A stretch of 59,573 nucleotides of DNA, counting the filler, from Asterionella formosa (Eukaryota): the NCBI GenBank assembly GCA_002256025.1. It is 5 parts of 5 records of this genome, joined end to end, with 100 filler letters (N's around TTAATTAATTAA, not from the genome) between each part and the next. Parts side by side here need not be neighbours in the genome. Positions count along the whole stretch, not along the records: positions 1 to 11,847 come from NKIB01008120.1; positions 11,948 to 23,786 come from NKIB01008132.1; 3 more parts are not named here. The stretch is one strand, 5' to 3'. The notes under the pieces were generated by a model. It saw only the letters and a program-made list of their open reading frames with translations, was not told the DNA's origin and made no database searches. A program made the translations under genes and the position numbers. This document shows, piece after piece, positions 1-12,119 of this stretch (position 1 is its first letter; each line of letters begins with the position of its first letter).

Positions 1-563
1 ACAGCTAGACAGATGTAGAAGACAAATGAACGATGTGAAAGCAATCGAATGCGAATGAGAGTTTGTGGTCGGCGCCGATGGTGAGATCGAATCAACAATC
101 AACAATTTCGTTTCTTTCAAGGAAACAGCTTGGGCTCATAACCTGTAGTGAAAGAGGGAACGATGGAGAAGGACGACGAGGACGAGGAGAGTTGTGTGAG
201 TCGATTAACGAACCTGACAAGCTCAAAGAGAGTTTGGAAGGGGGTATGTTAAAAGAGTGATTAGATTAGTTTATCCGGACTAGAATAACGAGTCACACGA
301 GTACACAATACTTCATGCGTCAGACAAAAAGATAGATGAGAAGGACAGACTTGCGATTTATAACATACATGCTCAAGAAGGAGTCTCAGAATTTACATTT
401 ACCTAAGTTATGATAGCAAAACGTGTTATTCTGTGTTCAATGGGTCACAGCAGTTCAAAAATATTCTCAATGGTTCATGGCAGTTTTTTACTGGTACTGT
501 ACTGGTTGGTTACCTACCACCTATCGGTATGTACGAGTACATACAATAACAGGTACCAGAGCC

Positions 564-647
564 AGTTGTGGTAATTGTGCTGAAACTAAAACTTTAGCTG
601 CCTTTGCCCTATATTAAATTGTTGATTTAAGCCAAATGACCGCAACT
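564..647 (+). mobile_element. 84-bp MITE-like element, copy 1
   Basis: Imperfect terminal inverted repeats AGTTGTGGTAATT...AATGACCGCAACT. Colinear and the same length (84 bp) as the copies at 19098-19181 and 19246-19329. Confidence 0.75.
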
Positions 648-941
648 TGCAGTGTTCTCCAGTGAAGCAAAATAATTCAATACATACCGGTACTTACTTA
701 TTACTATAAGCGGGTATGAAGTGATATGTTAGTATGACATTCCGGCAAATCAAAAAATTGGCAGCGGGCGCATTGACGGACCATCACCTTCCATGAACCT
801 CTCTTTTTGTCCGCCGGCCTGCTATTTCTCCTCCTGCCTGGTAACCGTGTAGCTTCAGCTTGCTTTCTTCCCTGCCTTAATCCCTCACAATAACAGCTAC
901 ACGCTAGTCTCCGAAAGCCAAAGCTCTCTGAGAGACCGTTT

Positions 942-3900
942 ATGTCTTTCGTGCCAGTGCCACAGCAGGCGAATGCCGCCGGCGCCAACAGCAACAATGC
1001 AGTGAAGTCCCTCGAGACCGCTTTGGCGGTAGATCAAAGCGATGCGGAGCTTTTGTTCAAGATCAGAACCTTCGATGTCTTCTGGGTCGACAAGAAAGGT
1101 GTGTAACCCGGCTCTTCCTTTTCGTTATTCTACTATAGTGTGTGCAGTGCCCATCTCTGTGGAAGACAGGTAGTTGGACATCCATGTTTCTAGTTTGATG
1201 ATGATTTCATCCCGCGATGAACGGCCATCTCGTAAGCCTATTGGCGCTGCGCCTGTACAATGCTTTTCATGCATATTATTCTCACCACGCATTTCGCAGC
1301 GCTCATGTACAAGGATGGTATTGCCAAATCCTTTGACAAGGAAAGCCGCAAAGCTGTCGTCGTTACCAAACAAAAGTCTTCCATTCCCCTGATCCTTCGT
1401 GACATGGCTCCTCCCGAAGGTTCTATCTTCGACCCAGCTAGAAAGTGGGAAGAAGAGAAAGAATCACGTCGTGTTGCCGGACTAGCTCAAGACGCCGCAG
1501 ATGCCGCAATCGTCGCCGCTGAAAAGCAGCAGAAGAAGGGGAAAAAGGTCGTCGAGAAGAAAAAGTCTACAGCCGACAAAATTAAGGAGTCAAACGCGCT
1601 GGAGAAAGATCTCAAGGACCATCAGAGAGACCTTCAGAAGTTGTCGAACCTCAAGACCCTCAAAGCTCTCCAGGAAGCGTCGTGCGAGACTACTGGTGGA
1701 AAGATCCATCGCATGATTAAAATGCTCCATTTGTGTGTCTGTGATCTTCGCCAGGGATCGGTGAGCGCGAGTGAAGCGGAAGTCTTGGATATTTTGTGGG
1801 CATTGGAGGAAATGAAAGCTTTCAAGGAAGCAGACGAGGAAATTACTGCCGAGAAGGCAGCCAAAAAAGAGCAGAAAGATAGTGAAAAAGAAGAAAAAAA
1901 AATCACAAAGAAAGACCCGAAGAAGGATTCCAAAAAGGATAAAAAGAAGGACAAAGAGACAAAGAAAGATGAAGAGGAGGAAAAGAAAGTCAAGGTTGCA
2001 TTGAGCGCCGAAGCTCTGGCCTTGAAGAATCTTTTCAAAGATGGCGCTGATTCTCGTGGAACTTACAAGGATTCGCTCAAGCATGCTCGAAAATTGATGA
2101 ACGGGATGGATAATTTGATTTCTTTCCAGCTGACGGAAATGTCTGATCGCCTTCCCCCCCTCAGTCGCTACAACCGCAAGTTCCAGCTTGAGGATTGGCA
2201 GTGCTCTATATTGGAAGCCATCGATAACCGTACGTCGGCGGTTGTTTGCGCGCCCACATCCTCGGGAAAGACCCTTCTTAGTACCTACACATGCAAGAGT
2301 GCGCGAGGCACTGTGCTTTTCGTTCTCCCAAGCGAGGTTCTCGTCTGGCAAATTGCCGCAACCTATTATGAATTTTTTAAAGGGAATGTCACCATTTGTA
2401 CGGATCAGATTTCTTTCCAGGAAATCACTGGCGAGGCTCAGGTTTATATTGGAACTCCCCGAGCCCTCGAAAAGAGTATCAGTAAGGTCCGAGGATGCGC
2501 GGGACAAGAAATGACGAAGGGCGAGAAAGAGTTTATGATTCTAGACGGCGGCTACCAACAATTTGATTATTTGGTACTCGACGAAGTTCATACCCTGAAT
2601 GGACCTGAAGGAGATGCCCTTCAGCGTATCATCAAAGCAACAAGCTGTCCAATTCTCGCTTTGAGTGCTACAATCGGAAACTCCTCTCAACTCCGAGACT
2701 GGTTCGGCCGAGTTCGTAACGAACATTTGGAGGCCACCGTCGTTGACTTTAAACCCGAAGATGTTATTCTTCAGGAACATTATGCCCGTTTTATCAATTT
2801 ACAGCGTTATGTTGTTGCCGAGTCAGACGGAAAAGATGGAACAAAAAAGGTGAAGCTCCTGAAGCTTCATCCGGTCGCAGCCATGACTCCACTGCGCCTC
2901 CAGAATGAGCCTGAGTTGGTTTCGGGGCTCTCTATGACTCCTGCTGATATGATGGATCTGTGGAAGAGAATGCGTTCTATTTTTCCTTCAACTGTTCTAG
3001 AACATTTGGACGACCCAGACCATTTTTTCAACCAGCACTTGGACAAGAGCAAGCGCATCACGCTGAATCAGACGAAGGAATACGAGAATCATTTGAAACA
3101 GCGCCTCACTGTTTTGTCTCATTCTCACCCCGAACTCTTCGAGCGACTCCGTACCGCTCAACTTCCTCCACCGTTAGAAGCTAAGGCAGATGTCAGCGAC
3201 ATTTTGTATGAAGTAGTCATGCAGTTAAAGGGATCGGATTTGTTACCTGCTGTCGCGTTCCAGCTGAACACTTATGGTGCTTTTAACATGTTTAAGACTC
3301 TTCTCAATCGTCTGGAGAGCGAGCAGGTTGCTGAATTCCCCACTTACCGAAAGGATCTCATGAAACTTGCACGCGAGAAGGCTCTTATGCGTAAGGTTGC
3401 CGCTGGGCAAGCTAGCCGTGTGAATGCTGCGGAGGCCGAGGAAGATGCCAAATCCGGTTTCGACGACAATTCCTTGGTGTCGGAAGATACCACTCGTCCC
3501 CACGAAAAATATGTCCTGGCTTCTGCTGGAAAGCGTCTAAACTATAACGAAGTTGAAGACATCATGGCCGATATGAAGAAATCTGGTGAGCGCGTCGAGA
3601 TTGACCACGCCTTGATCCGAGGATTACGTCGAGGGATTGCCATTTACACCAACGAAGTGGGATTTTCTTGTTATCGCCGTCAGGTGCAAATGTTGGCTCA
3701 AAAAGGTCGCCTCGCCGTTGTGTTCTCGGATTCTGCGCTTGCTTATGGGGTGAACATGCCTTTTCGTTCGTGCATCTTTTGCGGTGACATGGGGGACGAA
3801 CTTACTCCGCTCATTGCGCAACAAATGCAGGGTCGAGCCGGTCGACGTGGTATGGATGTACAAGGTAATGTTGTCTATCTTGGTATGGAATGGCCCTACA

Positions 3901-4919
3901 TTGAGAATCTGATGCTAGGGCAGATCAGCCAAGTCACTGGCAAGCAGCCCCGTTATCCAACCATGGCTTTGCAACAGGCGTTGGCCGCCGCTAACGATCC
4001 AGGTGATACTCGTAAGTTCATTCATGAGCCAGATGGCGACACTACTCCTTTTGCTACGGCGTTGAGGAAAATGGCGCGTGCCCAGAACTGTTTCCCCACC
4101 ATTACCGAGATGCAGGCAGAATGGATGGCCGACACAACTCTTGAGGAATTCTGTCAGGACAAGGAAAATCATGAGTACGCTGATATTTCGAAATCAATTG
4201 TTCAAGGCCTCGGCTATTTGCATGAGGACATGACGCTTGCCATGGATCACAACGTTTTGACGATGGTTTGGGAAATGAACGCGACGGTTCCAGAGTCAAT
4301 TCATGTCTGCGCCATTCTCGAGCAACTCTTTCTTCGTTTCTGCTACAACAAGACCAAGAGTTTCAAGGAAAGCGATTCCACTCAAAATGACTTTCTTTCT
4401 GTGCTGTTACATGTGGTTGACCGTGTTCCGGTTCGAGAAGGTGAGGAGAGCTTGCAACAGCTCCTTCGCATCGCTCCCTCCACTGACGGCAACAAAAGTC
4501 TTAGTGAGGACGCCAAGGCCCTTTGGCTTGAGACTGAAAAGTCACTTCGAGATCAAAAGGCTAAGATAGATGCTCTGAATGTAGAGCAAGCTGATAAGGA
4601 CCTCATGTACCTTGCCATCCCTCCTGCTGAAGAGGATAACGATATTGGTCCTCCACTTGATAAGGCTGTCTACGAGATGCTAGTTTCCAAGCAGAAGGGA
4701 TTTCACGAAGGCCAAGATATGCACCGTCGCAACGAGCTGAAGAACAGAATCGTTGCTCTTGGTCAGCTCTGCTTGATTGTGCACAACAACATCCAACAGC
4801 CCCACGGCAAGTTTAGCGCCCTTGAGGTTCATTTCAGACGCCTTTTCAGCAATATCAAGTACAGTGTGGCCGATATGATGAACCAACTAACAGACCTACA
4901 CGATGCTACTGAAGTATAA
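942..4919 (+). CDS. DDX60/Ski2-like DExH-box RNA helicase; join(942..1098,1300..4919)
   Basis: Motif I APTSSGKT, motif II LDEVH, motif III LSAT, motif V LAYGVNMP, motif VI QMQGRAGRRG. Segments HYARFINLQRY and KLHPVAAM...LSMTP resemble DDX60-family helicases. The long ORF has in-frame stops upstream (1218, 1233). A phase-1 GT-AG intron at 1099-1299 (CTCAC branch site at 1281) joins it to an ATG exon at 942 (MSFVPVPQQ...WVDKK-A-LMYKDG). Confidence 0.9.
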
Positions 4920-6980
4920 TTTTCATACTAAATAATTTATTGAGTCTCATGTTGATTATTCAAATTACAAGCTTGATTGACAGCAGTGAATATCAGTATA
5001 AGTCTACCCTATAAAAACAATCAAAAAATCATCCTAATTCGCATTCAAATTCTTATAAATGCAGTAGTCATAACAAATACAATTGCACTTTTTACTGTTG
5101 GAGTACTAGCCCATGATGTGGGATGCATGTCCTCAGATTGAAATCAAACTTCATAGTTGACAAGTGGGTTGATAATACAATTCAAACAAAGCAATGCTAC
5201 TTTTTATTCCATTGTACTGGTAGCTACCAGGTTGAGTGGAACAGCTGCTTCTATGGAGCAATTGTTGAAGCAATTTGTTAATGCTATTACCCAGGTTTCT
5301 TGGATATTGGGAACAATCTGAAATCACAAATGAATTTGAACAAAAAATATTAGAACAAACTTTTGGTGATTTGATCTATAAAAGTCGCAGTTATGATCTG
5401 GCAAAAACCAAATAGTTTAGATTACTTACTACCTGACAGTAGATATAAATTAAACCATAATTTTAAGCATAAAATTGCATAGCATTGCATTCTCTCATTC
5501 CTTGCATCCTCTTGTTCTGACAGGAGACAACTTCGTTACTCAAGCAGCCTCAAAGAGGAAGAGAATCCCTGTCTACCAGTCTCCTTTGACCAGAGGGAGA
5601 TGAAGGCATGGCCATAACAATATAACTAGAGGGAGGATGGTTGATATATATAGATACCCCCTTATCTGGTGAGAGCAAGCCATTTCTGGTAAGAATAAGC
5701 AAGTCTTGAAAATGTCCAGTATGTTGTAATTCATGGGTGAATATATTTTAATATATTATGCAGTTATCTTCTAACTGTATAAAATGGCATTGGTGGTTGG
5801 TGGTCAACAGATTTTGAGTTATGGGTAGAGGGATGGCAAATCTACAAATACTGAGAAAGGATAAATTATCATCAATGCATTTAACAGAAGTTTTTTGGTC
5901 CGACTGTCCTGGAAGTAATGTGGATACGACATACCGGTGCACGACTCCGGACAAACTAAACTTTGTTCGGTATTAGGAGTACCAGGTACTATACAGTTTA
6001 CAGCGCCAGGCATTGCACCTGGTAGAGTACCAGGTAAAGGAAATACCGTTAGTTCTAACCGGCAGTATGATTGGCATCAACAATAATACATGTGTATGCT
6101 GCCATGGCTAGCCTATCACATATATCAGTGTCCAAACAAATACCGTACCAGGTACCTGGTATGGTACCTGTACTGATTGCAGCATAGCTTATAGTTACTC
6201 ACCCTTGATTCATTCTTGCCTCATCAGGATGTGCATTCATTTCATTGTCACATCTTATTACAACGATACCGGTATTCTACCAGTACCTCGTAATGTACAT
6301 CGACTATATACCTGGTACCAGTACCAGGTATTCCCCACCTACCGGTAGTCTAGCCTATGTTCCTTTACCTGTACACACCTTCGGCTGTACATGCACGACC
6401 GTAATGAAAAAACATATATGTACTCCTATTTTCAGTGGCTGACTTTTGCTCTTCAGGGGAGAAGAAACCGGCCGTCGATATCTACGTACGTCTACACGCA
6501 TTGATTGCCCTTATGTATATGCATACATGCTATTCATTTGCATTTAGAAAGTGTGGGCTAAAAGGACCACCAGGTACCCGCCTCGCTCAACGGACGAAGA
6601 CGCGCTCCCGGTACCAGCTACATACGTCGCTTCCAGATTGCGGAGTATACCCATGGAGTGTGTGGTCGTGAGTTCAAATCAACAAAAAAGCAAAGTTAAC
6701 TTCCTCTGCAACAAAGATAAGCATTGCATTCGACTTGACCACTCCGCGAATTCATCAACGCTCATTCAATTGACCAACTTGAATCGAATCTGCTGGAACT
6801 TATCGCCTGACTGCAACGCTCGCTTACTCATCAAGTCTGATTTCTGATCCGGGAAAGCCCTCGCCTAATTTCCAATTTCTCACGTGGGACCTCTGTGTCG
6901 TGATTCCGTTTCCCTCTTAGATTATTGACTCGATTTTCATCGACTTCAAATACAAAATTCATATCCATTCGTCAGTGGCA

Positions 6981-8986
6981 ATGATCATGTTCAATCGACG
7001 AGTACTGTGGATACTAGTTGCAGGCCTTTCGCAACTTAATCAAGCTGCGTTTGCGCAAACACCCTCTCCGTCGAGAGCTCCCATCGCACCTGGTGCACCT
7101 TCTCCAACGGAACCTCCACTTCAACCCACTGCTCCAGTCACTGCTCCAGTCACTGCTCCAGTTCCCTCTGCTCCAGTATCACCCTTTGCTCTACCTACAG
7201 TAGTACCCTCCGCCACTCCAGTTTTTACATCAGTTACGCCAGCCCCTAGTGTCGGAGTCACTTCTTCGCCAACCTCGGCACCAGTCACTGCTAAGCCATC
7301 CACTGCTGCTCCTGTCACTCCTGCTCCAGTCACAAGCGCTCCTACTCTCGCTCCCGTTACTTCATCGCCAACCATTGCACCTACAGTCGCGGCAACACCA
7401 TCTCCTACATCATCTCCTTCTGCAACTCCTGTTACCACTGCACCATCCTTGCCAGCAGCAACTGCATTCCCATCAAATGTACCAAGTTTGACACCAAGTT
7501 TGCTTCCAACAGTTACGGCATCTGACAGCCCTTCAGGAGCACCCTCGGGCAGTCCTTCTCTTACGCCTCCAACACTGGGAACGAAATCTCCATCGTCATC
7601 GTCCAGTCCTTCGGTCTCTCCGACAGTCAAGCCCACTCGTAAACCAACTGAAAAACCCTCCACAGCCACAATTTCTTCTCCCTCACCAACTACATCTGGT
7701 CCCACGACAAATAGCCCAGCGCCTACAGCACCCATGTTTTCACCACCCGCGTTCAGAGGCTTAATGATGACTCTAAATGGTGCGACCCCGCTTTCAGCCT
7801 CATCTATTGTTGTTTGGCAGCGAGCAACTACAAAGCATGTGGTTGATTTCTATAGTACCGGAACGGACGTGACAAATGTCACTACTATCATTGACCAGAC
7901 GGCACAAAATCCACCCTCTCGACGACTTAAGGAAGGACGAAGATTGCAGTCAAACACCTTAACGTTGACGTTTGACCAACTTATTACGTATCGGACAACA
8001 GTTGCATCGGTAACAGCAGAACAAGTGATTCAAGCACCCTTTTTGGTTCCATCTTCTCAAGCTGCCTATTTGGTTAATCTGCGAAATACTGGTGACCCAG
8101 CGTTTGCAAATCTGCAATCAGTCTCTGCGATTACCTTTCCAAATAGTGGCGGCGGGGGCTTATCAACCAGCGCAATTATTGGTATCGCAGTTGGTGGAGC
8201 AGCTGGACTGTTGCTATTGTTAGTTGGTGGATACTACTGCTTCAGAAACAAGGACCGTGGCGCCAAGCAAGGATACAGCAATGGAGTTTCTGACGATGCT
8301 CCAATTGGCACTGTCAAGGGTCGCATGAATGATGAAAGTGATGATATAAGTACTTTGGCAGATCCAACAACGGATAAGTTGAGCGGTAGGGCCGGGATAG
8401 GAGGATATGGCGACCAAAGGTGAGCTTGTTCAGGTTGATTGTTTGTCAAATGAATATTGTTGTGGAAGTAGCCGTATCTAACATTCTCGTAACTTTTAGT
8501 GTGGCGACGGTTGATTATGACTACTCCAAGGCATATGGTATGGGAGGAGAAGCTTCTGTGGTTTCCTCGTCTGGAGGAACATTTGGTTCAGGAACTCATG
8601 GTGGTCAAACAACGTTAGGCGATTTGAATCCAACAGGAGCCACTGCATCAGCTGCTGGCTTCCTGGATGATGGTTCGTTTGGGAACGCGGCCTTCCGCGA
8701 CCCCAATGCTGCCACTACTAAGGAAGTATTTCTTGACATTTATGCACCGCCAGGAAAGCTCGGAGTGGTAATTGACACTCCAGACGATGGCGCGCCAGTG
8801 GTGCATGCAATTAAGGACTCGTCCGTCATAGCTGATAAGTTGCAAGTTGGAGACAAATTGGTGGCGGTTGACGATGAAGATGTGCGTACAATGACTGCTA
8901 TTAAGGTTTCCAAGCTAATTAGCCGGAAGAGTGCAAACGCCACAAGAAAATTGAGTGTGATCCGTACGTCAGTGGTGACCAATTAA
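6981..8986 (+). CDS. Type I membrane protein: signal peptide, Pro/Thr/Ser mucin-like stalk, TM helix, cytosolic PDZ domain; join(6981..8419,8500..8986)
   Basis: Hydrophobic N-terminus (RVLWILVAGLSQLNQAAFA), many TxAP/SxSP repeats, TM helix IIGIAVGGAAGLLLLLVGGYYCF. An 80-nt GT-AG intron at 8420-8499 (CTAAC branch) joins GYGDQ-S-VATVDYDY in frame. PDZ signature APPGKLGVVID...VGDKLVAVD. Confidence 0.88.
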
Positions 8987-11166
8987 AAATATGTGTTGCA
9001 AATGGTCCGCCCTTGTGGTTCACTGAATCCCGTATATGTCTAGTTGTTTGGTTGTTTAAGAATATAACGTTGTCATATGGATATGAATGTTCTCAGTCTA
9101 AGTCGAGGATCATTATTACCAATCATTTTTCATTTGTCCAGACGATATCAGGGGGTTACAATAGGGCTAAAGAAAATGGACAACTGCCACTGTCCATGTA
9201 CAATTTACAATCCTTTTAACTGAAGAAGGGGTCACGAAGGCTTCCATAGGAAAAAAAAGCAACACTGTATCACCTAAAGAGAGCAGTTTACCAAAGTGCG
9301 TGTGCAGGACTGAATCAGTCCAAGTGAAGTCAGTAGAGTGCACTGAAAATGAAGGCTATATGTTACTATGATAAATTTTGCCAGTAACGGTCTCAAGAGG
9401 ACCATGAAAAGTTAAAGGAAAATGTTCTTTCACTTATCATTCATAGCACAGCATGCTAACAAATATTCCAGAAAGTGCATAAAGGATGAATTGTAGTAGG
9501 CAACCCTCTGGTACTAGGTACTTGCACTTGGATTGCTGCCTGGTCCAGGTTCTGCTACTCTCTGAGCTGCTGAAATCTTTCTTGAACTCCAGATATTAAA
9601 TTGCAAAACAAATACTAAATCTGCTATGAATTATCTGCTGAATGATGATTTTAGTGATTATGATATCGATTTTTCTGTGGAATTATATGTTGCACTGGAA
9701 TGTAATTTACTCCTATATTGAGTAAAATGGACATTGAGCCCTATAAATCAGCTTGCCCGTGAGATTGATTGTTCACTACATCAGCATTATGATCCCTAAC
9801 AAAAAAGGGAACAATGGAGCATAGTTTCTCAATATATTTTATTCAATGAATGCGAAGAACATCAAATTGGTTAACATTGTGAAGGGACAGAAAATTGTCT
9901 TCAATGATAAGTAGGAGTATAGGCAATATATCATGCAGCAATTCCCACTCCAGCTATTGTCTTGTGGCCACATGGGTACTTCTAAGTAGTTTGACAGACC
10001 ACTTACCCTGGTACCCTATCTAGTAGAAAGTAGCAGATACACCAGCTAATATACTGTTACTAGTACCAGCAACTGTGATGTAGCTTTTATGCTGATTTTA
10101 TCCTTTCAAGCGCGAAAATGTCAGAAAATAGGGAAAAGGAAATGCCAATGACCATAAACAGAGTAAGCAGGTTGAGCAAGTTTTTCTTGCTTTGCTTTCT
10201 TATTCTCTCCAAACTCAAAATTGTTCTTCTTTACTGGCCAAAGTGACAAAAACAGCTAATAATTATTGCGTCTAAAGGCGATAGGATTTGAATATGCACT
10301 TGCCAGCTTCATCAACAGGTACCAGATATAACTATTAGTATACATCTTGCTGGAATCATTCTCTGGGCCATGGGTGCTGGAAAACAATTGATTAGCTTAG
10401 ATTATGAGATTCGTTGTATATATAAGAACTACTGTGAAATATAGTCATTGAGAGCTATTCGAGCGGTTGGAGAATACTGCATCGTGCAGTCTCAGCCTTG
10501 ACTATGACGAAAATAATAGATATCTCCATAAATAATTAAGAACGACTCTTTGCTATTTGGTAATGTATAAATTGAGATTTAGATATTACAATCATAGAAG
10601 AATTATTTTAATAGCACTAATATTAAGAAAGGAAATTCAAGACTCCAATGGCGCATTTTTTCATGTAATTTATGGATGCACAATTCAAAATGGCAATTGA
10701 TATTATAAACAGATTCAACACTTTCACAGTAGCCGCACAACACCTATGACAACTACGAAAATAATAACATAATCAATTGAAGCAAAAGATGTGAGAAAAA
10801 CTATTTTTCATCTGAGAATTGATTGCATGTTTCAACGCTGCAAAAGGATGCATTGTGACAGCCTGCATGGGAATGATGGAAGCATGATGATGAGATTTCA
10901 ACTTTACATCTATTTAGATATCTAGAAAAGGAATCTAGATGCCTGTGTGCCGATTTCTACAGATTTAAATATTTCCGAAAAGAATCATTGTCATTCAAAA
11001 TTAGCCAGCACATACTCATCTCCGGATCTTACAACTTAGTATAATGAACCGAAGAAGTACCAAACCTCGAGCAAGTACAGAGTTATTTGTAAGTCTCTAG
11101 ATAAGGATTTAGTAAAGCTTGTTCTAAACAACAATGTCAGAGAAGTAGACGTTAGAAAGGCTAGCG

Positions 11167-11619
11167 GTGGAGGAGTTGTTTTACCAAGTGGCGCTATTGC
11201 TATCTAGATTATTAGTAGCAGACAAAGTTGACACAATAACGTGGCTAACAAAAGACATGGTGAAGTACCCTTTGAAGAAATTGAATAATGACAGCAAAGA
11301 TCTAGTAGTAGGGGGTTTGAATTCTATAGTGCTATTGGATTGTTCCCCAGCAGAACAAATCGAAACTAGCAGTACACTTACCTTTGGAACCAGAGCCACC
11401 ACTACTGCATCGTCCACTTTGACACCAGATACATGTAATGCAGATAAACACAGCAGTGAGAGAAACAATAATCTAGCCGATAGACCGGAACAGCATGAGA
11501 CTCAACAAACACAACCTTCCGGTGAGAAGGGGGGGAACAAATACAAACGAAAAAAGTGTTCCATTGAGACCATGAAACTTGCTCCAGTACCACAAGCATG
11601 TGGTGGGCATCAATCTTGA
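11167..11619 (+). pseudogene. Possible degenerate kinesin motor C-terminal fragment
   Basis: DLVVGGLNSIVLLDCSPAEQIETSSTLTFGTRA resembles the kinesin end motif (DSLGGN...I.CxSP...ETLSTLRFxxRA). No P-loop or switch motifs are visible upstream, and the ORF lacks an ATG start. Confidence 0.35.
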
Positions 11620-11847
11620 TAAGATGGCTTGCCAGTTGGCGCTATTGGCGATCGCGAAAAATAAATGGTTCATGTGGTGGCTGGACGCTTTAAACTGGGA
11701 ACGGAAGCACTGGACGATAAGACTAGGAGAAAAGAAGAGCAGAGTAGAAGGAGAGTGAGAAAGCGAATAAGAAAGTTATGGATTATAAAGCAACATTGAA
11801 CGAGGTGCAAGCGATCAGAGCACTCAACAAACGGGCACACAAATGGA

Positions 11848-11947
11848 NNNNNNNNNNNNNNNNNNNNNNNNNNNNNNNNNNNNNNNNNNNNTTAATTAAT
11901 TAANNNNNNNNNNNNNNNNNNNNNNNNNNNNNNNNNNNNNNNNNNNN
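11848..11947. other. Artificial contig-join spacer
   Basis: N44-TTAATTAATTAA-N44, which gives stops in all six frames. Identical spacers occur at 23787, 35719 and 47648. Confidence 0.95.
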
Positions 11948-12119
11948 TTCCAATTCATCATATATATCATGATAGATTCCGGTACATACATATAAATACT
12001 AAATCACTCTGTTACGACCGGTACTGTACTTGTCATTTCTAATTCATTAAGAAAGCAAAGGACAGCGCCTGTGCCCCTCTTGTCATTGTTCAAGCAAACG
12101 CATACAAAAAGGCCACAAA

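Noticed and set aside
1..260. 65-aa ORF and a possible 5' UTR intron of a divergent minus-strand gene
   Set aside because: No ATG start or recognisable protein. The pyrimidine-rich minus strand with a CTACAG acceptor is suggestive only, and any gene would lie outside the window.
1099..1299. Possible intronic C/D snoRNA (TGATGA near 1196) in the longer helicase intron
   Set aside because: No D box (CTGA) or terminal stem found in the intron.
1590..2507. Antisense ORFs over the helicase, and likewise over the mucin (7121-7735), PWWP-like and AlaRS genes
   Set aside because: Shadow frames of biased or low-complexity coding sequence, with no independent motifs.
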